Notes: generated by a model from the letters alone, not told the origin. Shown: positions 19,322-29,578, counted from the stretch's first letter. The stretch: DNA of 45,683 nt from Myxococcota bacterium (GCA_023150835.1 JAKLKB010000056.1:1-45683); one strand, 5' to 3'. Translations and numbers: made by a program.

Positions 19322-20359
19322 ATGCACCGCTTTGAATACGCCAACGCTGCCTCGCTTCAAGCAGCACAAGAACAACTCAAAGCCGACGGTTCAGTCATCA
19401 AGGCCGGAGGAATCGACCTGCTCGATCTGCTCAAAGAACATTTGATCCAACCTGCTCGGCTCGTCCAACTCAAATCCATCCCCGAGCTCTCGAACGTTCA
19501 CTTTGATCCACAACGCGGCCTATCCATCGGCCCCATGCTCACTCTCGCTCAAACCATCCAACACCCTCTGATCAAACAACACACCCCTTCCCTCGTCCAA
19601 GCCGCCCAAGCCATCGCCACCCCGCAGATCCGCAACCTCGCCACCCTCGGCGGCAACCTCTGCCAACGACCGCGCTGTTGGTACTTTCGCAGCGAGGACT
19701 TCCATTGCTTCAAAAAAGGCGGACGCCGCTGCTTTGCCCAAGAAGGCGAAAACATCAACCACGCCATCTACAACAACACCCTCTGCGCAATGGTCCATCC
19801 TTCGGGCATCGCAGGCCCCTTGGTCGCCCTCGGTGCTTCTGTCACCTTGCTCAAACCCCCCGCTCCCGACAGGCGCCTGATCAAAACCAAGCCGCTTCCC
19901 CACCAAACTCAAACCCTCCCGATCGAAGACTTCTTTACGCCTCCCGAACGAAGTCTTCTTCGTGAAACGATCCTCGGCCCACAAGATATCCTCACGCACA
20001 TCCACATCCCACCGCGTTCTTCGCACAGCCGCGATCTTTATCTCAAACAAAAACACAAAGAAAGTGCAGACTGGCCGCTCGCAGAGATCGCTGTATCCGC
20101 CGAGATCGAACAAGGGCGATGCAAAAGCCTGCGCGTCGTCCTTGGTTCTGCCGCACCGACCCCGTGGCGCTCCAAAGCCGTCGAAGACGCCATCCTCGGA
20201 AAGCCCCTCGACGACAAGCACATCCAGCAAGCCGCCAAAGCCGTCCGTCAAGACGCCAAGCCGCTCGCTCAAAATGCCTATAAACTTGACCTCTTTGAAA
20301 CCCTCGTTGCCCGCGCTCTCCACGCGCTCAACCACCCAGCAAGCCAAGGTCGTCCATGA
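19322..20359 (+). CDS. Xanthine dehydrogenase family FAD subunit with 4Fe-4S insert (PaoB/YagS-like)
   Basis: KAGGIDL, IRNLATLGGNLCQRPRCWYFR...C...GG..C, CAMVHPS; GAGGAG RBS. Confidence 0.92.
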   Translation: MHRFEYANAASLQAAQEQLKADGSVIKAGGIDLLDLLKEHLIQPARLVQLKSIPELSNVHFDPQRGLSIGPMLTLAQTIQHPLIKQHTPSLVQAAQAIATPQIRNLATLGGNLCQRPRCWYFRSEDFHCFKKGGRRCFAQEGENINHAIYNNTLCAMVHPSGIAGPLVALGASVTLLKPPAPDRRLIKTKPLPHQTQTLPIEDFFTPPERSLLRETILGPQDILTHIHIPPRSSHSRDLYLKQKHKESADWPLAEIAVSAEIEQGRCKSLRVVLGSAAPTPWRSKAVEDAILGKPLDDKHIQQAAKAVRQDAKPLAQNAYKLDLFETLVARALHALNHPASQGRP

Positions 20360-20586
20360 AAGAAACAAACCACCCCCACCCCAACGAAACCCCCGTCCTG
20401 CCGAGGCTTTGCAAATACCTGCGCACCAAAGCCTATTTTCTCGAAGGCCCCCTCGATCCGAGCCTTCAAGCTTCCGACGATGTCACCCAGTACTGGTGCC
20501 TTCACAGTATGCACTCCGTCGGACCCGACGGTGAATTTGTCTGCCCCGAAGATTGTTCGCCTCATCGTTCCTGCTTTAAAGAATAA
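20356..20586 (+). CDS. Small Cys-rich hypothetical protein coupled to the Mo-enzyme operon
   Basis: ATGA overlap with the FAD subunit gene; 5 Cys in CKYLRTK...YWC...GPDG..VC...C...RSC. Confidence 0.65.
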   Translation: MKETNHPHPNETPVLPRLCKYLRTKAYFLEGPLDPSLQASDDVTQYWCLHSMHSVGPDGEFVCPEDCSPHRSCFKE

Positions 20587-20603
20587 AACACAAGGAACCG
20601 TCG

Positions 20604-21437
20604 ATGAACCATCCCACTTCTCCACCAAGGAGCCCCTACGTGTGGGCTTTGGCGACTTCCCTGCTGCTGGCCCTCGTCCTGCTTATCGCTTCCATCTGGC
20701 CCTCGGCGGAGCCAAAACAAGCTTCCGACGCTCCACCCACAGCCCAACAAACGAACAAGCCTCGAAAGCTATCGACCGAAGAGATCAACAAATCGTTCGC
20801 TCAAAAAACCTTCAATACCGTTTATCAGCGCGCAGATTGGGGAAAAAACAAACAAGGCCAAGGCCACAGCGGGGCCGGCTCCACCGCCGAAGTCACCCAA
20901 CGATACCGTGAGTTCTTGGAACAATTTATCAAAAAACACAAAATTCGCTCGGTTGTCGACGCAGGGTGCGGTGACTGGGAGTTCTCCAAACTCGTCGATT
21001 GGCAAGGCGTAGACTATCTCGGGATCGATATCTCTGACCGAGTCGTCAACCGATTAATCCGACTCCACCAAAAAGAAAATATCCGATTTCGTGCTGGAGA
21101 CGTAACAGAAAAACTCCCGTCGGCTGACCTCCTCATCATCAAAGATGTCTTGCAACACCTGCCCAATCTTTGGATACAGCGCTTCATCAAGAACAATCTT
21201 CAAAAAGGCCGCTACAGATACGCCATTATCACAAACGATCGCGCTCCGAAAAAACACAAGAACAACAAAGATATCTACGTTGGTAGCTACAGAGAAATGG
21301 ACCTCTCTTTACCTCCTTTTTCGTTGAAGGGTCTAAAAGACGTGATGAATTTCAAGGCATTTCCCTCCAAGGTCGTTCAAGTCCTCAGGCTGGAAGACGA
21401 TCCGATCGACTCAAAACCAAACACCCGTGCAAAGTAG
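20604..21437 (+). CDS. Class I SAM-dependent methyltransferase with N-terminal membrane anchor
   Basis: SVVDAGCGDW motif I, YLGIDIS, DLLIIKDVLQHL, SGAGS; hydrophobic N-terminal segment; AAGGA RBS. Confidence 0.85.
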   Translation: MNHPTSPPRSPYVWALATSLLLALVLLIASIWPSAEPKQASDAPPTAQQTNKPRKLSTEEINKSFAQKTFNTVYQRADWGKNKQGQGHSGAGSTAEVTQRYREFLEQFIKKHKIRSVVDAGCGDWEFSKLVDWQGVDYLGIDISDRVVNRLIRLHQKENIRFRAGDVTEKLPSADLLIIKDVLQHLPNLWIQRFIKNNLQKGRYRYAIITNDRAPKKHKNNKDIYVGSYREMDLSLPPFSLKGLKDVMNFKAFPSKVVQVLRLEDDPIDSKPNTRAK

Positions 21438-21581
21438 CCCCCCAAAAAAACCGACAGGAAACAACCGATCCGATCGAAACCCCAACCACCCTTTCGAACC
21501 GCACGCGGATTCCCTCCAACAACAAAAAACGTCCCCACCCCACCCGCCCAAACACAGAGAACCCCGCCAAATCGCCCCGCT

Positions 21582-22652
21582 CTAATCCATTGACGTTGTG
21601 ATGAAATAATCCGTCACACCGTAGATTTTGACGGTCTCGGTATCTTGGGGGGTCATCCCAACATCCCATCGCCCTTTGACATAACCCGCTGTCGTGCGAT
21701 CTTCCCAACGAAACGCTTCAAAGATCTTCCAGTTGAATCGCGCCCATCGCTCTTCTTTGTCTTGGCCGTCCACCAAAAGCCCTCGTTTGTAAGGAAATGT
21801 CACGAAAAATTCACCATTCACCAGCGCAAAATCGATCGCGGGGATGCTGATCGGAGGAGGCGCAACGATCGGAAACTCAAAGCCCATAAAGCGAACCACC
21901 GCATCACCCGCCTGATACGAACGACCTTGATGCGTACCCGTCGAAAAAGCCCGAAAGATCGTCAGCTTTCCTGAAAGCACCTGACCGCTGGCATGAACCG
22001 TCCCATCAACCTCATAGCTCACCCACTCCACTTTCACCCGACCGTACGTATAAAGCGCCGTCTTAAGGCTTTGCGTCAAACAAGAACCCATCAAGTTATC
22101 TTTCGCCATATCCGCGATCACCGCGTTCTTTCCGTGATCAAAGCAAAGCTGCGGATTCGTGTCGTTTTGCGAGGTCAAGACCTCATAACGGCTCAACGCC
22201 ACTTGATAGTTTTGCGGTGTTTGCCCTGACAGACCGTCTGTAAAGGTTTGTGGCGTCAGATCGCCTTTCATGTAGATCGCGATCTTTCCGACCTTTTGAT
22301 CGGGAGATATCTCTTTCGGATCTACATCGCCCGTGCTTTCGGACGCGCTCTCTGTCACTTCGGGGATGGCCTCATTTCCGCTATCTTGCACCAACTCGGT
22401 TTGCGGTTCTTGGGCCACCTCCGCGCTTTTTTCTTGAGCCGTCTCTCCCCCTGCATCTTGCGCGACTTCTTGCACGACTTCTTGGGCCGCTTCTTTTGGA
22501 TCTTCGCTTGACGTCTCTTTGCCCGTATCCACCTCTTGCCCCGTCTCCCCCGAAGGCACCACAGGAACCGAACACCCCCAAGAACACAGCCACACGCCCA
22601 CCACGATCCCCAACAACACACCCCACCGAGACACCGCCTTATACCCAAACAT
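21582..22652 (-). CDS. Hypothetical lipoprotein with a Glu-rich linker
   Basis: Hydrophobic signal ending in lipobox-like SWGC; low-complexity E/Q/A linker; globular C-terminal domain; start placed at MFGYKA. Confidence 0.7.
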   Translation of the reverse strand: MFGYKAVSRWGVLLGIVVGVWLCSWGCSVPVVPSGETGQEVDTGKETSSEDPKEAAQEVVQEVAQDAGGETAQEKSAEVAQEPQTELVQDSGNEAIPEVTESASESTGDVDPKEISPDQKVGKIAIYMKGDLTPQTFTDGLSGQTPQNYQVALSRYEVLTSQNDTNPQLCFDHGKNAVIADMAKDNLMGSCLTQSLKTALYTYGRVKVEWVSYEVDGTVHASGQVLSGKLTIFRAFSTGTHQGRSYQAGDAVVRFMGFEFPIVAPPPISIPAIDFALVNGEFFVTFPYKRGLLVDGQDKEERWARFNWKIFEAFRWEDRTTAGYVKGRWDVGMTPQDTETVKIYGVTDYFITTSMD

Positions 22653-22892
22653 CGCTATCTCCTTCCTGATCGAACGCTCCACAACAAACCTCGCCCTCAC
22701 GGCAAGCACAACACCCACCGCACAAAGCCGATCGACTTGCAGCGTTTTGCTTTCGTGTTTCCAACATAGACTTCCTATCAAAGATTTTTGCTCGCCCCAA
22801 AAACATCTCTTGCACCGATCCCTCCCTTGCCGTCTCTCTAGCAACCAACAAAAACAACCCTATCCCGTAAGTATCCGAAGGAGAATGAAAAA

Positions 22893-24554
22893 ATGAAGAA
22901 GCGCAGGATCTTAATCGTCGGTGGCGTAGCAGGCGGAGCCTCCGCAGCCGCAAGATTGCGGCGATTGTGTGAAGATTGCGAGATCGTGATCTTTGAACGC
23001 GGTGCCTACGTCTCTTTTGCCAACTGTGGACTGCCTTATTACATCGGTGACGTTATCCCCGAAGAATCCGACCTTTTGCTTGCGTCTCCCAAACTCTTTC
23101 GCGAGCGCTTTAACATCGACGTTCGCCTCCACAACGAAGTCCTCGCCATCCACCGCGAACAGCACGTGATCACCGTCATGGATCGCACCACCCAACAAAC
23201 CTACACCGAACCCTACGACGCGCTGATCCTGTCCCCGGGCGCAAGTCCTCTGCGCCCCCGTCTACCCGGCATCGATCTTCCCGGCGTCTTTGCGCTTCGC
23301 ACCATCCCCGATAGTCAACAGATCCGCGCTTGGATTCAGGAAAAGCAAGCCAAACGTGCCGTGATCATTGGAGCCGGATTTATCGGCCTTGAGATGGCAG
23401 AAAATCTCCATCATCGCGGTCTCTCGGTCACTATGGTCGAGATGGCTCCCCATGTCCTGCCCATCCTTGATGACGATGTCGCTTATTATGCAGAACAGCA
23501 CTTGCTCGCGCATGGTGTTCGACTTCACCTTGGCGACGGTCTGACCGGCCTTTCCCACGACGAACACCAAACCCTTGTCGTCCACACACAAAAAGGACTC
23601 CGCATCGAAGCGGATATCGTGATCCTTGCGGTCGGCGTTCGCCCCGAGACCACACTCGCTCGCGATGCGGGCCTCCAACTCGGTGAACGCGGTGGCATCC
23701 ACGTGGACGAACACATGCAAACCAGCGATCCTCAGATCTGGGCCGTTGGAGACGCCGTTGAAGTCCAAGACACCCTCCATCGCTCGGCTCTCCTTATGCC
23801 CCTTGCTGGACCTGCCAACCGACAAGGTCGCATCGCTGCCGATCACATCATGGGCCGCTCTTCGACCTTCCGTGGTGTCCAAGCTACCGCGATCTGCGGG
23901 ATCTTCGACCTTACCGTCGCCACCACTGGGTGCAGCGAAAATATCTTGCGCAAGATGGGACACACGCACTACGAAAAGATCTACCTCCACCCAAGCCACC
24001 ACGTCGGCTATTATCCCGGAGCCAAGCCGATCCACATCAAGCTGCTGTTCGATACCAACGACGGGCGCATCCTTGGCGCGCAAGCCATCGGTGAAGCGGG
24101 CGTCGACCGCCGCATCGACGTTCTCGCAATGGCCATCCAAATGAACGCCACCGTCTTTGATCTCGAAGAATCCGAACTCTGCTATGCCCCGCAGTATGGC
24201 GCAGCCAAAGATCCGATCAATCTCGCCGGAATGATCGCCTCCAACGTGCTCAAAAAAGATCTTCCCCTCGCTCATTGGGATCAACTCGAATCCAACGCAC
24301 TCTTGCTTGATGTCCGCGAGATGCACGAAAAAACAGATGCCTTCTGCCCTGATGCGCTGCAGATCCCCCTCTCCCAACTTCGCCAACGCATCCACGAGAT
24401 CCCCAAACACCAGCCGATCCGCACCTTTTGCAAATACGGCCAACGCGGTTATTACGCAACGCGTGTCCTCTTACAACATGGCCTCGATGCCGCCAACCTT
24501 TCAGGCGGACTCTTGAGCTTCCACGCCACCCACTCCCGTCTCCACCGCACTTAA
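22893..24554 (+). CDS. CoA-disulfide reductase-rhodanese fusion (FAD-dependent pyridine nucleotide-disulfide oxidoreductase)
   Basis: GGVAGGAS, SFANCGLP, GAGFIGLE, WAVGD, LCYAPQYG, C-terminal rhodanese LLDVRE...C..G.RG. Confidence 0.9.
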   Translation: MKKRRILIVGGVAGGASAAARLRRLCEDCEIVIFERGAYVSFANCGLPYYIGDVIPEESDLLLASPKLFRERFNIDVRLHNEVLAIHREQHVITVMDRTTQQTYTEPYDALILSPGASPLRPRLPGIDLPGVFALRTIPDSQQIRAWIQEKQAKRAVIIGAGFIGLEMAENLHHRGLSVTMVEMAPHVLPILDDDVAYYAEQHLLAHGVRLHLGDGLTGLSHDEHQTLVVHTQKGLRIEADIVILAVGVRPETTLARDAGLQLGERGGIHVDEHMQTSDPQIWAVGDAVEVQDTLHRSALLMPLAGPANRQGRIAADHIMGRSSTFRGVQATAICGIFDLTVATTGCSENILRKMGHTHYEKIYLHPSHHVGYYPGAKPIHIKLLFDTNDGRILGAQAIGEAGVDRRIDVLAMAIQMNATVFDLEESELCYAPQYGAAKDPINLAGMIASNVLKKDLPLAHWDQLESNALLLDVREMHEKTDAFCPDALQIPLSQLRQRIHEIPKHQPIRTFCKYGQRGYYATRVLLQHGLDAANLSGGLLSFHATHSRLHRT

Positions 24555-24591
24555 CCCGCCCTACCCCCCCATTCTTCGCGCTGCACGCAAT

Positions 24592-25188
24592 TCAACACCG
24601 ACGCAGCGCATAAACCCGAAACCCTGCCCCCTCATAACGCGGTGCAGGGCCATACACCACACGACCCTCACCCTCCCATCGATGCGGAACCATCAAGGTT
24701 TGCGCCATCTCCGATACTCCCCGACCCATCCGCATCATCGGCAGCGCCACAGGCCCCGAAGCCACAAGACCCGAATCCTCCGAAGCCAATGCCGCAGGCT
24801 CCGCTGCATCCGAACCCGAGGCAACGGCCATCCAAACCTCCGAAGCCAAGGCCATAGGCTCTTGCGCGGTAGCAGCCGATGCAACGGATTGAACCGCAGC
24901 ATCCGCCTCTTTTGGAGAGCGTTCTTCGGCGTCTTGCTCCGCCACAACACGCCCCTGATCATACTCGCCCTCGACTTCGACCTCCGCACCAAGATACGCC
25001 TCCAGCACCCCCTCGGAGATCTCTTCGGTCGCTCGCAAGATCACCCCTCCCACCGCGTTTCTCACCGCGATATCCGCATCCTCCAAAACCTTTAAAGTGA
25101 ATGTCCCTGTATGCCCCCAATAACGTGCGGCATCTCCTTTGTTGTTCGGAGCCTCCCACCGCACAAGATATCCTCTGAGCTTCTCCAT
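24592..25188 (-). CDS. Hypothetical protein with an internal low-complexity duplicated linker
   Basis: Fills the intergenic gap with strand-typical codon usage; ALASE...VASG duplicated with a 60-bp period; start uncertain. Confidence 0.5.
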   Translation of the reverse strand: MEKLRGYLVRWEAPNNKGDAARYWGHTGTFTLKVLEDADIAVRNAVGGVILRATEEISEGVLEAYLGAEVEVEGEYDQGRVVAEQDAEERSPKEADAAVQSVASAATAQEPMALASEVWMAVASGSDAAEPAALASEDSGLVASGPVALPMMRMGRGVSEMAQTLMVPHRWEGEGRVVYGPAPRYEGAGFRVYALRRC

Positions 25189-25336
25189 CTTTTTCTCCCT
25201 TCTCGCTTTCCTCGCTCTATCCGCTCTGATCAAATCTTGTCGCTTGACGCTTTACCCTCTTTGTTTGATACCATCAAAACATCAAGAGGCAAGACCTTAA
25301 ACTCCTCCAACCCTTGTAGTGGCAGAGAAAAACAAC

Positions 25337-26146
25337 ATGAAGCCGACGCCCTCTCCCCTTCTATGGCTTCTTGAATCCGAGGCATTTCCTCGCACACACG
25401 CTCCCCTGCGCCGAGCCATCCAAGAACAAGGACACCGCTTGCTCGATTGGTCCGATACATGGTGGTCACAGGGCTTTCCACAAGGACTCGGCGACTCACC
25501 CGTGCTTTTTCATGGATCGCTCGAAAATGCCGATCGGATCGATCGATCCCTTGCATGGTTCCCGGGATCTCTTTGCCCAACAGCCCAGTTTTGCTGTGCT
25601 TCGTGGTACCCCAACACCCGACATTGGCTTGTTCATCACACATGGCATATCGGCCCTGCCAACCAAGTGATCGCCCACGCCCCCGATATCGCCCACGCTC
25701 TCGGCTCTCCCGAAAAAATCTTCATCCGCCCCGATAGCCCGCTCAAACCGTTCAGCGGTCGCGTTCTCGATGTCGCCTCGCTTACGCTTGCAGCTTTGGA
25801 CTTTGGCTTCTATTTTGACGACGAGACCTTGCCTGTCGTTGTCGCCCCTGTCCGTCGAATCGACCGCGAATGGCGCTTTGTGATCGCTCGACAAACCGTC
25901 GTCACGGGATCTGCTTATGATCCTGCAACACGAACCGCTTCGACCACCCAAAACACCGACAAAGCCGCCCTCTTTGCCCGCGAGATCGCAACCCAACTCT
26001 CCCCTCCTGCTGATGCCTACGTCCTCGATATCTGCGAAACCCAAGGCTCCTTGCGACTACTCGAACTCAATCCTTTCGGTGGTGCCGACCTTTACGCATG
26101 CGACCCCCACGCGATCGTGTCCACCCTCTCCGCCCTGTTCTCCTAA
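25337..26146 (+). CDS. ATP-grasp domain protein (R2K/DUF4343-like)
   Basis: FHGSL, IFIRPDSPLKPFSG, IDREWRFVI, YVLDIC, LLELNPFGGADLY. Confidence 0.75.
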   Translation: MKPTPSPLLWLLESEAFPRTHAPLRRAIQEQGHRLLDWSDTWWSQGFPQGLGDSPVLFHGSLENADRIDRSLAWFPGSLCPTAQFCCASWYPNTRHWLVHHTWHIGPANQVIAHAPDIAHALGSPEKIFIRPDSPLKPFSGRVLDVASLTLAALDFGFYFDDETLPVVVAPVRRIDREWRFVIARQTVVTGSAYDPATRTASTTQNTDKAALFAREIATQLSPPADAYVLDICETQGSLRLLELNPFGGADLYACDPHAIVSTLSALFS

Positions 26147-26176
26147 AAGGTTCGACCGCAGCAGTGGTTTGTGAGG

Positions 26177-26306
26177 CCTCTTCCTTCCTCTTCCTTCCTC
26201 TTCCTTCCTCTTCCTTCCTCTTCCTTCCGCTCCCTTCCTCTCCCTTCCTCTTCCTTCCGCTCCCTTCCTCTTCCCTTTTCCGTGTTTTCCGTGTTTTCCG
26301 TGGACT
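26177..26306 (+). repeat. Polypyrimidine tandem array (CTCTTCCTTC)n ending in TTCCGTGTT x2 then TTCCGTGGACT
   Basis: Seen directly; lies between convergent genes. Confidence 0.9.
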
Positions 26307-26314
26307 GCTCGCTT

Positions 26315-27922
26315 TCAATCCGATGTATCCGCCGCTTTGAGATGAGCCGAATAGTGCTCCTTCACCAAAGCCCGATACCTCGATGCTTCCGCCTCAAAGC
26401 GCTGTGCAGACCAACCCGCTTCCAAACAAATCTCTCGAATCTTCGGCAAGACCGATTCTCCGCCATCCTTTAGCACCAAACCAAGGCGAGTCCGCCGCAT
26501 CATCAGATCGTCGAGATGCTCCACCCACTCCTCTTTCAGGGCCACACGCACACGCGCAAGAGTCACCGCCGTCGACGCAAACGCAGCATCATCTTCAGGG
26601 CGTCGATACATCCCAAACCGCCGCGCTTTTGGACCATACGCTGCGCGTTCCCACACAGAAACTCTCGCGTCTTCGCTCGTCGCGGCAACAACAGAGGTCG
26701 GCAGATCAAAAGAATGCCCTTGCAACCGCTGCAACGGCGGAAACAACGGGCCAAGCAGACGCAGCGCACGCACCGCATCACGGCGAAAAGTCGTCAACTT
26801 CCCCCCTGCGACGGTCAATAGTCCATCCCGATAATGGATGTGGATATCACGTGGCTCTTTGTAAGTGTTCTTCTTGCCTGCGCTCACGATCGGACGTATT
26901 CCCGCCCACGTCGACAGGATATCGCGCTCTGTGATCGGCTTGTGTGGGAAGATATAACGAACAGCCTCCAACAAATAACGCTGTTCTTCCTGCGATATCG
27001 CCGTCAGTTGATCGGTACGCCCTGCATCATCCGCTTCCGTTGTTCCGACAAAAGTACATCCTTCCCAAGGAACAAGATACACACTGCGCCGATCTTCGGG
27101 GTGATCGAAGACCAACACTTCGGGAACAGACAGCGTTTCCTTTGAAAAAACCAGATGGCTTCCGCGCAAAGGCCGCATCATCGGTCGTAATCCGCGCTGC
27201 TCACGCAAACGATCTGCCGCAAAGCCCGTCGCGTTGACCACCGCCCGACAGGTCAGCGTATACCGCGCTCCACTGAGGCCGTCTTCGACCGACACTTCGG
27301 TTTTTTCGCCAAGGCACCGTGTCTCCAAAACCCGCACATAATTCAGCGCCTGTCCCCCAGCCTCCGTTCCGTCGTGCAGATTGCGCAAGACGATGCGTAC
27401 GTCGTCCGTCAGTGCGTCCTCATAAGAAAACCCCGCACAAAGGCCCTCTTTGCGCAGATCTGGAAACATCGAAAACAACGCTTCTTTGCGAAAGCGCTTG
27501 TGCCGCGTATGCCGAGAAAAACGGTCGTAGATCCACAAACCCAACGCAAAGATCAGCCGACGCCAACGCGAATACGCCGGCACCACAAAGGCTTGCGGCG
27601 CGATCAAGCCGGGAAGCTCTGCCAAGATCTTTTCCCGCTCATGCACCGCGTGATAGGTGATATCAAAGCGCCCTGTTTGAAGATACCTGAGTCCGCCGTG
27701 GATCATCTTGGAAGAACAAGACGAAGCCCCCCACCCAAAGTCCATCCCTTCAAGCAAAACCACCCGCAGGCCCGACATCGCCGCTTCCCGAAATATCCCC
27801 GTCCCCAAGATCCCGCCCCCCGCGATCACGATATCGGGTGGATGGGCTTGCATCTCTTCGAGCAGACCTTGGCGGTCTTTCGATGATCGTGAGGACTCCG
27901 AAGCTTCCGATGTCTGGTGCAT
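26315..27922 (-). CDS. glpD: FAD-dependent glycerol-3-phosphate dehydrogenase/oxidase family protein
   Basis: GGGILG, DFGWGASSCSSKMIHGGLRYL, VVNATG, RGSHLV, VGTTE, WAGIRP, GGKLTTFR, RRTRLG. Confidence 0.85.
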   Translation of the reverse strand: MHQTSEASESSRSSKDRQGLLEEMQAHPPDIVIAGGGILGTGIFREAAMSGLRVVLLEGMDFGWGASSCSSKMIHGGLRYLQTGRFDITYHAVHEREKILAELPGLIAPQAFVVPAYSRWRRLIFALGLWIYDRFSRHTRHKRFRKEALFSMFPDLRKEGLCAGFSYEDALTDDVRIVLRNLHDGTEAGGQALNYVRVLETRCLGEKTEVSVEDGLSGARYTLTCRAVVNATGFAADRLREQRGLRPMMRPLRGSHLVFSKETLSVPEVLVFDHPEDRRSVYLVPWEGCTFVGTTEADDAGRTDQLTAISQEEQRYLLEAVRYIFPHKPITERDILSTWAGIRPIVSAGKKNTYKEPRDIHIHYRDGLLTVAGGKLTTFRRDAVRALRLLGPLFPPLQRLQGHSFDLPTSVVAATSEDARVSVWERAAYGPKARRFGMYRRPEDDAAFASTAVTLARVRVALKEEWVEHLDDLMMRRTRLGLVLKDGGESVLPKIREICLEAGWSAQRFEAEASRYRALVKEHYSAHLKAADTSD

Positions 27923-27964
27923 GGCTCGATATCCTTCTTGTTATCCTTGTTGATGGAAAGCGTC

Positions 27965-29578
27965 TTACAGAACGGACTCGACCGCAGGAAAAAGATTTCC
28001 GTTGGCGAAAAGACCCTCTGGATCGGCTTTTTCCACCATCGAACGCATCCATTCCATCCCCATCGCTGATTTTTCCGCCCCAAGATAAGCCGCATGATCT
28101 TTGCCCACGCCGTGTTGGTGACTGATCGTCCCACGCAAGGACAAGATCGCTTCGCTGGCTTTGGACTTCATCGCTTTCCACATCGCAAAAGTCTCTTCGG
28201 GGGTGCGTTGCAGACGAAACAAATAAGTCGTATAGATCGCGCAGCCTGTGATGTAAAAATGCGAAAGATGCGTATACACAAGGATCTTTTCTCCGAAAGC
28301 AGCCGCAGCTTCTTCGAGTGCAGCCTCGATCTTTGCGACCGCTGCCCGAACTTGCGCGTAAGGCATGGCCGTTTCGAGCGTATCCACGCCCCACCCATGA
28401 TCCCACAACGTGTTGCGCAAATACGGCCCATGAAAGCGATTTTTCTTCCAAGCCCGCCCAAGCGATTGGCCGATCCACACCCCTCCCTGCGCAGACGCCA
28501 AACGCCCTACCATCGCCCGAGTCTGCTTCACTTGTGCCGCTTTCCCCGTCAATCCGACGATCACAAGGCACTTTTCCTCACGCACGCCTCGCCACGAAAG
28601 ATAGCGCTCCAACCATCGGATCTGCGTCGGCTTTCCTGCAAGTGCCAACGTGACGAAGGTCTCTTTCCCCGAACTCAAGCGGATCATCGAAACGGGCACT
28701 CGGCTCTGCACCACTTCTCGCGCAAATTCTTCGGCTTGTTCCCATCGCGGAAAAAACACGCCGTGAAAACTTTCGACCTCTGGCAAAGCGCGCACACGCA
28801 TCGTCGCTTCCGAGATCACACCCATCAACCCCTCCGAACCCATCCACACTTGCCGCAGATCCATCCCCGCCGAAGAAGCCGGCAACGGCGGCAGTTCCAT
28901 CTCTCCCTCGGCTGTGATTAACCGCCCGCCCGCAAACAGATCTTCGATCCGCCCGTAATAGAGGCTTTGTTGACCGCTCGATCGCGTCGCCACCCACCCC
29001 CCAAGCGTCGCGTACTCGTAAGATTGGGGAAAATGACCCATGATCATCCCATGCGGACTCAGTTGGGCCTCGATATCGGGTCCACGAACCCCCGCTTCAA
29101 ATCGCGCCATCTGGCTTGTCCGATCCACCGACAACAACCGACCCATCCTTTGCATATCCATGATCACAACGGGCTTTTCACCCGCTGGCCGGTTGATATG
29201 ACCCACCACACTCGTCCCACCCCCATACACCACGATCCGCGCTCCCCCACGACGCGCTCCTTCCAGATGTTTTCGGATCTCTCCCTCGTCTTTTGGGTAC
29301 ACCACCCCCTCAGGAAATCGTAGACCATGCCCTTGGCGCAAAGCCAGCCAATCCGCAAAGCTCTGGCCTCGCGCATGGCTCAATCGCGCTTCTGCGCTGC
29401 TGTCCACACCTTCCCATCCCGAAAAGACCTTTTCCCCCGCCCTCTTCAACGCTTCTTCTTTTGAAAGGATGACCTGACCCTCGTGTGGATTGCCCGTCAA
29501 TCCCGACAACAACGCCATACTCTCGCTCGACAACGCCTTCTGCGTCGCCTCTTCGCCCCAACCATTCCAGCGCTTCAT
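27965..29578 (-). CDS. FAD-binding oxidoreductase, alkyldihydroxyacetonephosphate synthase (AGPS)-like
   Basis: MKRWNGWG start, YGGGTSVVG, GHFPQSYEYATLGGWVATRSSGQQS, GSEG..GVI, THLSH, SHQHGVG. Confidence 0.85.
   Translation of the reverse strand: MKRWNGWGEEATQKALSSESMALLSGLTGNPHEGQVILSKEEALKRAGEKVFSGWEGVDSSAEARLSHARGQSFADWLALRQGHGLRFPEGVVYPKDEGEIRKHLEGARRGGARIVVYGGGTSVVGHINRPAGEKPVVIMDMQRMGRLLSVDRTSQMARFEAGVRGPDIEAQLSPHGMIMGHFPQSYEYATLGGWVATRSSGQQSLYYGRIEDLFAGGRLITAEGEMELPPLPASSAGMDLRQVWMGSEGLMGVISEATMRVRALPEVESFHGVFFPRWEQAEEFAREVVQSRVPVSMIRLSSGKETFVTLALAGKPTQIRWLERYLSWRGVREEKCLVIVGLTGKAAQVKQTRAMVGRLASAQGGVWIGQSLGRAWKKNRFHGPYLRNTLWDHGWGVDTLETAMPYAQVRAAVAKIEAALEEAAAAFGEKILVYTHLSHFYITGCAIYTTYLFRLQRTPEETFAMWKAMKSKASEAILSLRGTISHQHGVGKDHAAYLGAEKSAMGMEWMRSMVEKADPEGLFANGNLFPAVESVL

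Noticed and set aside
4756-20359. Aerobic CO dehydrogenase (cox) cluster from CoxD/E-like plus Mo-enzyme genes
   Set aside because: The large subunit has AFRAPG, not AYXCSFR or AYXGAGR; it is Tat-linked; and the MoxR-VWA pair is ~10 kb away on the other strand
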